A stretch of DNA of 64,000 bases, from the NCBI GenBank assembly GCA_043228905.1, contig JBHGNT010000001.1, positions 16,492,001-16,556,000 on the forward strand, written 5' to 3'. The DNA comes from Azolla caroliniana. Lineage: Eukaryota; Plantae; Polypodiophyta. Every line of letters begins with the position of its first letter. Position 1 is the stretch's first letter. Below the pieces are notes generated by a model. The model was not told the DNA's origin, did not search any database, and was given only the letters and a program-made list of their open reading frames with translations. The position numbers were made by a program, and so were the translations under genes. Below, piece by piece: positions 48,206 through 59,446 of this stretch.

Positions 48206-48669
48206 GTGTCCAATGGGAGAAATTGTGAAATTGTGTGGTTCCACACACATTACACAAACGATTATAAATATGAAAATTAGCCTAGGGTCTAGTGGCATTC
48301 GAGTGCATATAGAGGGGTGCAAGCAAGATTTGAACCTTGCACCTCCAAGATAGAATACCTTTATCTTACCACTAGGGCTATTACCAAATACTTTAAATAT
48401 TATGTATTTCTTTTCATATTCAAAATGCATCGGAAACAACCGTACAAAACCGTGTGCAGAAAACCATGGTTCCAAGCCCATGGTTTTGTGCATGCCACAA
48501 GAAAAACTGTGTGCCCAAAAACCATGGGCCAAGCCCATGGTTTTGTGGATGTTAGAAGCATGGATAGACCTATAGAAACCCTCGTAAGTCTTGTGTAGCG
48601 GGGGGTTCAATATGTGATATCACCATCATCAATATAAAACTCTCATTTATCTTCTTCTAATTATCTTCT

Positions 48670-51600
48670 CTTAAGTGAATCTCAAGAGGATTTTCACCAT
48701 TAGGACAACGGCTAGGAAGCTACAGCTCAAGCAGGAGCTCAGCAATGTCCGACAGAAAGATCTATCTGTGGCTGATTACACGGCCCAAGTCAAGGAGATC
48801 TGCGACTCTCTTGCCTCCGTCAATGTGAATGTCAAGGAGGACGAAATGGTGCAGGTTTGCCTTAGTGGGTTAGGCTCGTCAAAGTTCGGAGCGTTCCGGA
48901 CGGCAAGCTACACAAGGGAGATTACACTTTCGTTCTTCGAGCTTCAGACGATGTTGCTCGTGGAGGAAAATCACGCAGGTGCGTCAATGAGTACGTACAC
49001 CAACAACAAGATATTGTACATGGAGGGAGATAGGCGCCATGGTCATGGCGGACAAGGCGGATTGGCGTGCAATGGAGGCGGCCGGAAAGAGCAAAACGTG
49101 TAGCATAATCAAAATGCCGAAAGCAATTACGAACCCTCCGGAAGCAGGGGGAGTCACAACGGTGCCAGAAGCCGGCAACAGAAGGCCGCAATGGAATGCT
49201 AGTATTGTGGCAAGAAAGGCCACAAGGAGAGCGAGTGCTGGAAGAAGAGAGCCGATTCGAACAAAGCCGATTCGAGTGGAAGAGACGCAGGAAGGTGTCA
49301 GAAATTGCACTACGCTGAAGGCTCTGAACACACCGTAAATGGATCAAGCCCTCTACGCAAGGGCGTTGTGAAGGGAGGATGTTCATCCTCGATACCAATC
49401 AAGCCGGAACCGCGATATTCGCAAAAGGACAGAAGGTCGAGTTGGACATCGATCTGTGGCACAAGCAGTTCGGCCACGTCAACTTCCCATGGCTTCGAGA
49501 AATGCAGAAGAAGAATATTGTTTTCGGATTGCCAAAATTTCGGGGCCGTAATGGCCAAGTCTGTGAACCTGCCAACTCGGGAAGCAACACCGATTTCTAT
49601 TCCCCAATGAGCGTAATCGTAGTCAAAATCCGTTGGATTTGATCCATTCGGATGTGTGGGGATGGGCACAGAATGTGAGTCTCGGTGGAAGCCATTACTT
49701 CGTAACCTTCATCGATGACTTCACTCGGTATACCTGGGCATGCTTGATCATGAAAAAGAGCGAAGTCTTCGCATGGTTCTTGAAGGGGAAAAACCTTGCG
49801 GAAAGGGAAACTGTGTGTAAGATCAAGTGCCTATGGTTCGATGGCGGGAAGGAGTACTTCTCCAACCAGTTCACGAGTTATCTACAACAGGAGGGAATTC
49901 GATGCGAATTCTCATGTAGATACACACCGCAGCAGAATGGCGTGGCCGAGCAGAAGAATCGGACAATTGAAGAAGTTGCCAAGGCAATGCTTGAAGAGAA
50001 GCATATGCCGAAGTTTTACTGGGCTGAAGCCGTAAGGACAACTGTTTACTTATAGAATTGGAGCTCTCCTAATGGAGGAGTGTCGCCACATGAGTTCTAT
50101 TACGGCAAGAAGCCGAACTTGGCACACTTGAGGATTTTCGACAACATTACATATGTGCATTTGCCGAAGGAGAAGAGTATCTTGGTCAAGAAGTGTACCA
50201 AAGCCGAGAAGTGTAACTTGGTCGGCTATTTAGATGAACAAAAGGGTTATAAGTGGTCTAACCCCCGGACAAAGGAAGTTCGCGTAAGCCGAGATGTTGT
50301 GTTCAACGAGTCCGCTTCGTGGTACTTGCCTACACCTCCAATACCTCATGACTCCCTTCCAAATTCTGAAAAGGAAGTCAGCAAGGTTGAGATGCCTCTG
50401 CATGATGAGGAAATCAGAGCTTTGATAGAAAGTCCAATCTCATTTTGGCTAAGTGGGCCCAATGAGGAGTTGGGCTGAAATGGCCAACGAAATGAAGAGC
50501 CAGCGAGTAGTGGAGACTCGGCCGTATTGTCCCCGCATAGAGAACCGAGGAGACGGTTTACGCATAAAGAAAAGGGGAAGAAGAAAATGTTGGAGTATGA
50601 TTTTGACAGTACCGAGTCAGAACGGAGTGAATCTTACCTCAGGCCAATCGAGAAGGAACCTCCACGAAAGGGGTCGAAATCGACCGAAAAGGTCGTGAAA
50701 TCGGGTAATTACGAATTATGCCGATCTACCCGCCTGAAGAACCCCGTAAAGAGGTACGGGTATAATGAATACATGGCACACCATTACATGTACATGACAT
50801 GAGTGGTGGAAGTGCGTGAGCCGGAGAGTTACGTAGACGCGGCGGAAGACGCAAACTAGCGTGCTGCGATGAAGGAAGAGATGCACGCTTTAATGGACAA
50901 TGAGACTTGGGACCTGGTTGACGTACCGAAAGGTGTAAAGCCGATCAGATGTAGATGGGTGTATAAGGTGAAATGCAACATTGATGGCTCCGTCAATTGA
51001 TATAAGGCTCATTTGGTTACGAAAGGCTACGCGCAAAAGCATGACGTCGATTACGACGAGACCTTCACGCCTGTCGCGAAGATGACTATTGTACGAGTTC
51101 TACTAGCCGTAGTTGCGGCGAAGGGGTGGCATCTACATCAGATGGATGTAAAGAATGTGTTCCTGCAAGGTGATCTTGAGGAACAGGTGTACATTGTACA
51201 GCCCCCCGGATTTCTATCCGAACAGAACACTTCAGTAGTTTGTTGATTGAAGAAGGCGTTATACGGCCTTAAGCAAGCCCCACGAGCTTGGAACGCGAAG
51301 ATTATGCAACGGTTGCATAGAATGGGGTTTATGACGTCCAAATCAGACTCTTCGTTATTTGTTCGACAAGGTCGACATGGACTAGTTTGTCTTTTACTTT
51401 ATGTTGATGATTTAGTCATCGTCGGTGCTGACCTGGAAGAAATTCGTCGTGTAAAGTCTCAGCTTGCGGCATCATTCGAAATGAAGGATCTTGGCGATCT
51501 TCATTACTTCCTCGGGATCAAAGTGATCCGTTCACCCGAAGGCATATTGATCAATCAACATCATTATGCGCTGAATATGCTCTTCAAGTTCGGGATGGCA

Positions 51601-51970
51601 GATTGTAAGCCCATCTCGACCCCTCTGGATAGAAACGTAAAGCTTCGCTGACATTCGGGAAAGGCGTGTGACCCGACATGGTTTCGACAAATTGTCGGAA
51701 GCCTCATCTACTTAACGATCACTCGAGCGGACCTCAGCTATCCGGTCGGAATGATCGGTCCATTTATGGCATAGCCCACAACCAAACACCTTCAATGCGC
51801 GCAAAGGATATTACGATATGTCAGTGGCACGAAAGACATGGCGTTGTTGTATGGTGCAAATGTAGCCGAGCAATTAGTCGGCTACACAGATGTCGATTGG
51901 GCCGGAAATGCCCACAATCATAGATCCACATCCGGATACACATTCTCATTGGGAAGTGCAGTGATCGCGT
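48670..51970 (+). mobile_element. J: degenerate Ty1/copia related to Copia-1 (partial gag, protease deleted, INT, RT, RNase H cut by K)
   Basis: ORFs 48675-49103, 49379-49642, 49633-50055, 50080-50478, 51013-51651 (YVDD) and 51838-51970 (RSTSGYTFSLGS). No 5' LTR found. Confidence 0.88.
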
Positions 51971-54003
51971 TGTCGCGTTGTTATGCGCGTGCGTGTAGAA
52001 GGTGCGGGACCACGGGGGTCATGAACCGAGGAGCGAGAGAGAGAGAGAGAGAGAGAGCAAGAGAGACTTGTAGATACGCGAAGCGAGAAGGAGAGATATA
52101 GAACGTAACACTCGATTTCAATAACAAGAGTTTACAACGACAAGAGAATTCAATAACAAGAGAATACAAGAGAATACGACTCTGACGGTTACAACCGGCA
52201 AGGCAGCGATGGACCTGACACGGGGATCCTACTCACACACACAGACAGCATTCGCTCGACTCCTAGAAACAAAACAAAAGGGGGGAGAGCCTCTGCTGGA
52301 AGCGCACGGGCTGTCCACGAAGCAAAGGCAGCGAGCTTCCAACCCACAGAGACCGACGGCCGAAGGAGAAGAGAGAGCTTGGCCCCAGATCTGCAGCAAC
52401 AGTTCGTCCTCCCTAGCGTGCGATCCCTGTTCCTTCGTCCTCTCTCTCCTTAAATAGTTCCCCAAAAGGGGGTGCCCCCTTTTCCTTAGCCAAACTGCTT
52501 TATTCCATGTCCCTGTCGACAAAGATACGCACAAAATCCCCTAATAAATGTGCAGTACCTAGTATTTACACCAGTCGCCTTAATTACGAATTATGTACAA
52601 TATATCAATCCTCGCGTCCACCCGTGTAAGAGCCGGTTCATCCGCCTTTTTCTTCGATTCCGCCTATGGCCGGTTTTCTTCACGACACCCACCCCCACCA
52701 AACCGCGCATCCACCGGCATGCGCCAGAGACGGGTATACACAGAAGAAAACCGGATTCACTCGTCGTTCTCCGATTCTCCGTCGGACCCAAACTAATCGT
52801 CGTCGTCGCTCCCGCTCGTAGGCTCCGGCTCATCTTCTAACCGCTTCTTGAACGCTTTGATCCGCTTCCTGGCCACCGGCACCGCTAACCGTGCCCTGTC
52901 GAGTTCCGTGAGGTGGTACGTGCCGTTGTCGTTCGCGCTCGTCACCGTGTAGGGCCCGAACCACCTGTTGGCAAACTTTCGCACCGCCTTGTGCTGATTG
53001 TCGAGGCTGTTGTCGTATACCAAGACCTAGTCGCCTTCCTCGATCTTCTTTGGTCGCAACCGGTGCGTCCGGTTGAACCGGGTCTTGTTCCGCTCACTTG
53101 CCGCTCGCAACTTTTCCTTCGCCCGTTCCACGTCCTCCAGGCTCTGCTCGAGTTGCCGAATCCGCGCCGCCAGCAACTCCTCCCGGCTCATCTCATCCTT
53201 CCAATCTACCGCCGCCCATGAAGAAACCGTTCGTTCCACCGTCATGATCGGCTTATGTATGTACATCAGCTCTGCCGGCATAAACCCTGTCACCAAATTG
53301 TACGTAGTTCGGTTCGCCCATAGTGCGTAAGGAAGGAGCCGCGGCCAATTCCCGACCTGCCCTCCACATGCACGCACCAACGCCTTTACGATCCGCCCGT
53401 GCCCACGTTCTACCTTCCCGTTCGCATCCAGGTTGTACGCCATAATGAGGGAGAGTTTGACGCCTAGCCGGTCGAACAACTCCTCAGCTTCCCACACATC
53501 CAGCTCTCCCCGGTCCGCCATGATCTTCCCAATGCACCCATACCAACACACTACCTCTTCGATTAGGAACCGGCATACAGCCGCGGTTGTCTTGTTCTGA
53601 AGTGCACGGCCTTCCACTTTGTTCGTTAAGTCTTCCCGTGCAAGCACCAGGTATCGCATCTGTCCTACCCCCATCGGCATCGTCACCAAGTCTACCATCC
53701 ACTTGAAATGGTCCGTAGGCGGGTAGGTCAGGTGTAGGTCGTCCCGGTGTCGGACTACTGAGTGCATCTGACAGCTTTCGCAATTCGTTACGAACCGATG
53801 CATGTCCTGGTACAGCCCCGACCACTAGTACTTCTCCTTCAGCTTCTCGAACGTGGCCCACGTTCCGCGGTGTCCGGCCCAAGGGCTCTCATGAAATGCC
53901 GCCAGTAATTTCCCCTGTTCTTCTTTCTTTGCCACTACTCGGAGTGGGATGCCGCTCCTCTTCTTTGGGTGCCTCCATATGCACCCGTCCCGCCGGAAGA
54001 ATC

Positions 54004-57000
54004 TGTTCGGAATCAACGCTTGGATTCACCTTCTTCAACCGGCCACAACCGATTAATCGCGGATCAATGGAGCAGAAAATAGGAACCACACGGAGAAACA
54101 AAATAAAACGCGAGTACACAGGGATTAACGTGGAAAACCCTAGACGGGAAAAACCACGGGAGTACAAGACTCCAAACCAAACACTATACAGAGAAGTATA
54201 CAATGGCGAGCTGCAAGGCGACGACCTTGAGCTCGCTGTCCTCGCCACAGGCGGCGGAAATACACAGAGGCGTCTACCTCTTCGTCTCTCGCGCTCTATC
54301 TCTCTCCCTCTCTCACGGCTGCTCTCACTTCACTCCCCTTGAGTGGAAAAACAGAAAAATAAGCAGCAACTAAGAACTGTTTGCCCTAAGTCATATTTAT
54401 ACACATATGACTTTCGGGCTATTTACAAATATAGCCTCAAGGGCTCTTGGCAAACATATTCACAAATATGTCCCCGCATCCGGATCTCTCTCCGGGTACA
54501 TTCGTCATCCGGCTCCGTAACCGGGGTCTTCATCATCCGGCTCCGTAACCGGGGTCTTCATCATCCGGCTCCGTAGCCGGGGTCTTCGTCATCCGGCTCC
54601 GTAACCGGAACCGGGCTTGCCGTCATTCATCTCCGGACATCCCATCCGGAGGGACCGAAATCCCAACAAACTCCCCCTTCACTTCGGCATGGGATGTCTC
54701 TCCAATCCGATCCTCTTCCGGCATGCTTCCAGCTTGTCGGGTGTGAGCACTTTGGTCAGCATATCTGAGCCGTTCTCGTCCGTGTGGATCTTCGTCAGCA
54801 CGAACTCCTGGTCTTCTATCCTTTCCCGGATCCAGTGATATCTTCGCTGGATGTGCTTCGTCCGGGAGTGATAGGCCGCGTTCTTCGCAAGGTGGATGGC
54901 ACTTTGACTGTCGCAGTAGAGTCGGTACTCCTCCTGCCGGATACCGAGCTCTCTAATGAAGTCCTTCATCCATATCATTTCCTTGCCGGCTTCAACAGCT
55001 GCCATGTACTCCGCCTCCGTGGTTGACAACGCAACCGTCTTCTGAAGCCTCGACTGCCACGAAACAGCTCCCCCTGCATACGTCATCACATACCCTGATG
55101 TGGACCGGCTGGTATCTGCATCAGCCGACATATCCGAATCGGTAAAGCCGTCGAATTCGGGCTTACCGGAGCCGAATCGGAGGCACACGTTTGCCGTGCC
55201 CTTCAGGTATCGGAGTATCCACTTGACCGCGTTCCAGTGCTCTTTGCCGGGATTGCTCATGTACCGGCTCACCACTCCGACTGCATATCCTATGTCCGGT
55301 CTTGTACACACCATTGCGTACATCAAGCTTCCGACAGCAGAGGCATATGGTACTTTCATCATGTCCTCCTTCTCAGCCTTTGTCTTGGGGCTTTGCTTGC
55401 TGGACAGCTTGCAGTTTGCCGGGAGGGTTGACCCAACCGGTCTTGCTTCCGACATGTTGAACCGGTGAAGCAGCTTTGTCACGTACTTCTCCTGTGACAG
55501 CCACAACTGCTTCTTCTTCCGGTCCCGGATGATGTGCATCCCTAGTATCTGTCTCGCCGGACCCAAGTCCTTCATTGAGAAGGTTCGGTGAAGAGCCTTC
55601 TTCAGCATCCGTATCTTGACCTGGTCCCGTCCGACGATCAACATGTCGTCCACGTACAGGAGGAGTATTAGAGAGTCTCCTCCTTCGAATTTCTTCACAA
55701 ACACGCAGTGATCGGACTGCGTTTTGTGGTACCCTTCGTCGGTCATGAAGGAGTCGAACTTCCGGTACCATTGCCGGGGAGCCTGCTTCAGTCCGTAAAG
55801 GCTCTTCTTCAACCGGCATACCAGGTGCTCCTTCCCTTCCTTCTCGAATCCTTCCGGTTGCTGCATGTAGATCTCTTCTTCGAGGTCACCGTGAAGGAAT
55901 GCCGTCTTCACGTCCATCTGTTCTACCTCGAGGTCCATGCTTGCCGCTATGCTCAGCACCGTCCGGATGGAGGTCATCTTCACTACCGGGGCAAATATCT
56001 CGTCGAAGTCGACGCCCTTCTTTTGCTGAAACCCCTTCACCACGATCCTGGCTTTGTATCTCGGGGGGTTTCCGGCATCTCCCGGTTTCAGCTTGAACAC
56101 CCACTTGTTTCGAAGTGCCCGCTTTCCTTTCGGCAACTCCACAAGTTCAAATGTGTGGTTCTCATGCAGGGAATCCATCTCGTCCTGCATGGCACTCAAC
56201 CACCTGCGGCTCTGGGTGTCATGCTTTGCTTCTTCAAAGCTCTCCGGCTCCCCCTCGTCGGTTAGCAACACGTGCTCTGGTTCCGGAAATCTCCGGGGGG
56301 GCCTTCTCTCTCTTAGAGGATATCTCCGTTCCGGAGCTTCGGTAACCGGTTCTTCCGATTCTTCTTCATCCGAATCCATTTCGGGATCGGGGCCGGTTCC
56401 GGTATCATTTTCATCTTCTTCGGCCGGTTCTGTTTCTTCACCGTCTTCGGCCGGATCCTCGAGTGCTAACCGGTCCCTTGCCGGTCGGGACTGCTCCTTG
56501 TAGAGTTGATCCTCACCGGTCGACTTGGAGCTCTTTACCTTCTTCTCCGACTCCCAGTCGGTGAGTGTCTTGTCCTCCATGAAGATGATGTCTCGACTCC
56601 TGAATATCTTCTTGTCAACCGGGTCCCATACTCGGTAGCCGAACTCGTCGTCGCCGTAACCGAGGAATATGCATGGCCGGGTCTTTGGATCTAGCTTTCC
56701 TCTCCGGTCCTTTGCCACATGCACGTATGCGAGACACCCGAACACCTCCAGATGCCGGTAGGATACTTCCTTACCGGTCCACACTCTCTGCGGCGTGTCT
56801 CCGTCCAAAGGTACTGAGGGTGATCTATTTATCACATATGTCGTCGTCGACATTGCCTCAGCCCAAAATCCCTTGGGTAATTTCGCATGCGCCAGCATAC
56901 TCCGGACCCTCTCCATTATGGTCCGGTTCATCCTCTCGGCCAGCCCGTTCAGTTCCGGCGTCTTCGGCACAGTAAACTCGAGTCGGATTCCCTTCGAGCG

Positions 57001-59446
57001 ACAGTACTCCTGGAACTGCCCCCGGTATTCCCCTCCATTATCCGCTCGTATCGCTTTCAGCTTCTTGCCGGATTCCCTTTCCACTCTCGCGTGGAGTTCT
57101 TTGAAGACGCACAACACTTGGTCCTTTGTCTTCAACGGTGCCGTCCACAGTCTTCGGCTGTGATCATCTATGAAAGTTACGAAGTACTGCGCTCCGCCAT
57201 GTGACTTCGTTTCTACCTGACACACATCGGTGTGCACCAACTCCAATGGTGCGCTACGTCTCGTCGGTGGCCTTGAGTGGAAGGAGGTTCGGTTCTGCTT
57301 ACCGGCCAGGCAATCGGTGCACTTCTCCAGGTGCACATGCTTCACTGGAATAAGGTTGTCTTCTGCAAGCCTCTTCATCCCCTTCTCACTCATGTGGCAC
57401 AGTCTCTTGTGCCACAGCTCACCGGCAGTGTCGGCTGCCACATTCAACTCTTCCGGACATAACCGGGCATTCATCAGGTACAGTGTGTTGATTTTCCGGG
57501 CCCGAGCCACTATCAGGCTCCCCTTGCTGAACTTCATTACGCCGTTCCGGATGCTACCTGTGTAGCCTTCATCATCTAGCCTCCCGGCCGAAATCAGGTT
57601 CAATCGAACCTCCGGAACGTGTCGGACATCCTTCAGCAGCATTTTGCATCCAGTCGGGGTTGTCAACCACACGTCTCCGATGCCGGCAATCCGGCACGTA
57701 CCTTCATTTCCCATCCGAACACAGCCATGCTCACCGGCTGTGTAGGATGAGAAGTATCTTCTCTCCGGGGTCAGGTGGAACGATGCTCCGGAATCGACCA
57801 CCCAGGTCGTCTCATCGCCGGCAATGTTTAGTTCACCTTCTTCGGTGATGAGCATGATCTCCTCTTCACTTGCCGCGAGTGCCGTCGTTCCTTTCCGGTC
57901 CTGTCCTCGCCGATCCGAACCATTCCGGTCCGTGGCTCCCCGGTATGCACCGTTTCTCTCCGGTGACTTCTTCGAATCGGTGTTGTCGGTTCCATTGTCT
58001 TTTCGGTAATGCCGACAATTCTTTCGGAAGTGCCCCGGCTTCCCACAGTGGAAGCATGTGGGCCTTCCTCTTGACTGCGACCGGGTCCCCGACTTCTCCC
58101 GTCTTTGCGGACTCCGGTTCCATTGTCTTCCCCGATCCGATTCGGTAAACAGCATCTTCGGGTCGGAGGCCGGTTCCTTATCTCTCCGACGCGCTTCTTC
58201 ATTCAGAATACTTGTCTTTACCGTTTGTAAGGACAAGTTATCTTCGGTGCACGAGGTGCTGAGAGTCACCACCAAGTTCTCCCAGCTTTCCGGCAATGTA
58301 CACATCAGGATGATGGCTTGCATTGCATCCTCCAACGGGAACTTGATCGCCGCAAGCTGATTCACGAATCCCATGAACGTGCTTACGTGTTCCACCATAC
58401 TCTCGCCGTCCTGGTACTTGAGATTCACTATCTTCCTCATCAGGGAGGTCCGGTTCAACGCATTCTTCCTCTCGTAGAGGCCCGACAGCTTCTTCCACAT
58501 CTCATATGCGTTGGTGTCGTTTGCCACATGTTGTAGGACGCTCACGTCGACGTATTGTCGGATCGTCGCTACGGCTTTCCGGTTCAGGAGCTTCCACTCC
58601 GACTCAAGTACCCCTTTCGGTATTTCCGACCTGTCAATCGGTTCGTACAGGTCCCGAACAATCAGAAGGTCCTCCATCTTGATCTTCCAGTCGGCGTAAT
58701 TCTGTGCATTCAGCACCATCATCATCGGCTGCCCGCTGCCGCCGCCTTCCATTTTCTGCAACAGTCGCTCTGATACCAGTTTGTTCGGAATCAACGCTTG
58801 GATTCACCTTCTTCAACCGGCCACAACCGATTAATCGCGGATCAATGGAGCAGAAAATAGGAACCACACGGAGAAACAAAATAAAACGCGAGTACACAGG
58901 GATTAACGTGGAAAACCCTAGACGGGAAAAACCACGGGAGTACAAGACTCCAAACCAAACACTATACAGAGAAGTATACAATGGCGAGCTGCAAGGCGAC
59001 GACCTTGAGCTCGCTGTCCTCGCCACAGGCGGCGGAAATACACAGAGGCGTCTACCTCTTCGTCTCTCGCGCTCTATCTCTCTCCCTCTCTCACGGCTGC
59101 TCTCACTTCACTCCCCTTGAGTGGAAAAACAGAAAAATAAGCAGCAACTAAGAACTGTTTGCCCTAAGTCATATTTATACACATATGACTTTCGGGCTAT
59201 TTACAAATATAGCCTCAAGGGCTCTTGGCAAACATATTCACAAATATGTCCCCGCATCCGGATCTCTCTCCGGGTACATTCGTCATCCGGCTCCGTAACT
59301 GGGGTCTTCATCATCCGGCTCCGTAACCGGGGTCTTCATCATCCGGCTCCGTAGCCGGGGTCTTCGTCATCCGGCTCCGTAACCGGAACCGGGCTTGCCG
59401 TCATTCATCTCCGGACATCCCATCCGGAGGGACCGAAATCCCAACA
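54004..59446 (-). mobile_element. F: intact young Ty1/copia, sister of E
   Basis: 665-bp LTRs at 54004-54668 and 58782-59446 (one C/T difference seen, at 59300). TSD gaatc (53999-54003 and 59447-59451), iMet PBS at 58778-58767, PPT at 54671-54680. Confidence 0.98.
54679..58752 (-). CDS. Gag-Pol polyprotein of copia F (1357 aa from the ATG at 58752)
   Basis: Uninterrupted ORF, near-identical to the E protein. The track's extra 14 N-terminal residues come from LTR/PBS sequence. Confidence 0.97.
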   Translation of the reverse strand: MEGGGSGQPMMMVLNAQNYADWKIKMEDLLIVRDLYEPIDRSEIPKGVLESEWKLLNRKAVATIRQYVDVSVLQHVANDTNAYEMWKKLSGLYERKNALNRTSLMRKIVNLKYQDGESMVEHVSTFMGFVNQLAAIKFPLEDAMQAIILMCTLPESWENLVVTLSTSCTEDNLSLQTVKTSILNEEARRRDKEPASDPKMLFTESDRGRQWNRSPQRREKSGTRSQSRGRPTCFHCGKPGHFRKNCRHYRKDNGTDNTDSKKSPERNGAYRGATDRNGSDRRGQDRKGTTALAASEEEIMLITEEGELNIAGDETTWVVDSGASFHLTPERRYFSSYTAGEHGCVRMGNEGTCRIAGIGDVWLTTPTGCKMLLKDVRHVPEVRLNLISAGRLDDEGYTGSIRNGVMKFSKGSLIVARARKINTLYLMNARLCPEELNVAADTAGELWHKRLCHMSEKGMKRLAEDNLIPVKHVHLEKCTDCLAGKQNRTSFHSRPPTRRSAPLELVHTDVCQVETKSHGGAQYFVTFIDDHSRRLWTAPLKTKDQVLCVFKELHARVERESGKKLKAIRADNGGEYRGQFQEYCRSKGIRLEFTVPKTPELNGLAERMNRTIMERVRSMLAHAKLPKGFWAEAMSTTTYVINRSPSVPLDGDTPQRVWTGKEVSYRHLEVFGCLAYVHVAKDRRGKLDPKTRPCIFLGYGDDEFGYRVWDPVDKKIFRSRDIIFMEDKTLTDWESEKKVKSSKSTGEDQLYKEQSRPARDRLALEDPAEDGEETEPAEEDENDTGTGPDPEMDSDEEESEEPVTEAPERRYPLRERRPPRRFPEPEHVLLTDEGEPESFEEAKHDTQSRRWLSAMQDEMDSLHENHTFELVELPKGKRALRNKWVFKLKPGDAGNPPRYKARIVVKGFQQKKGVDFDEIFAPVVKMTSIRTVLSIAASMDLEVEQMDVKTAFLHGDLEEEIYMQQPEGFEKEGKEHLVCRLKKSLYGLKQAPRQWYRKFDSFMTDEGYHKTQSDHCVFVKKFEGGDSLILLLYVDDMLIVGRDQVKIRMLKKALHRTFSMKDLGPARQILGMHIIRDRKKKQLWLSQEKYVTKLLHRFNMSEARPVGSTLPANCKLSSKQSPKTKAEKEDMMKVPYASAVGSLMYAMVCTRPDIGYAVGVVSRYMSNPGKEHWNAVKWILRYLKGTANVCLRFGSGKPEFDGFTDSDMSADADTSRSTSGYVMTYAGGAVSWQSRLQKTVALSTTEAEYMAAVEAGKEMIWMKDFIRELGIRQEEYRLYCDSQSAIHLAKNAAYHSRTKHIQRRYHWIRERIEDQEFVLTKIHTDENGSDMLTKVLTPDKLEACRKRIGLERHPMPK

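Larger units (their letters stand above)
41960..48260 (+). mobile_element. H: non-autonomous (gag-only) element of the K/L family, host of I
   Basis: LTR end ..cgcaaca at 42032 is homologous to the solo-2 end. PBS at 42038-42055, gag fragments 42250-42900, low-complexity region 46588-47860, duplicated PPT + LTR start at 48023 and 48192. Outer limits approximate. Confidence 0.7.

Noticed and set aside
48310-48385. Possible tRNA gene
   Set aside because: Only box-like motifs are present and I could not fold a cloverleaf.
58753-58794. N-terminal extension of the F ORF (1371 aa in the track)
   Set aside because: It uses a non-ATG start inside the LTR/PBS. E indicates the MEGG start.
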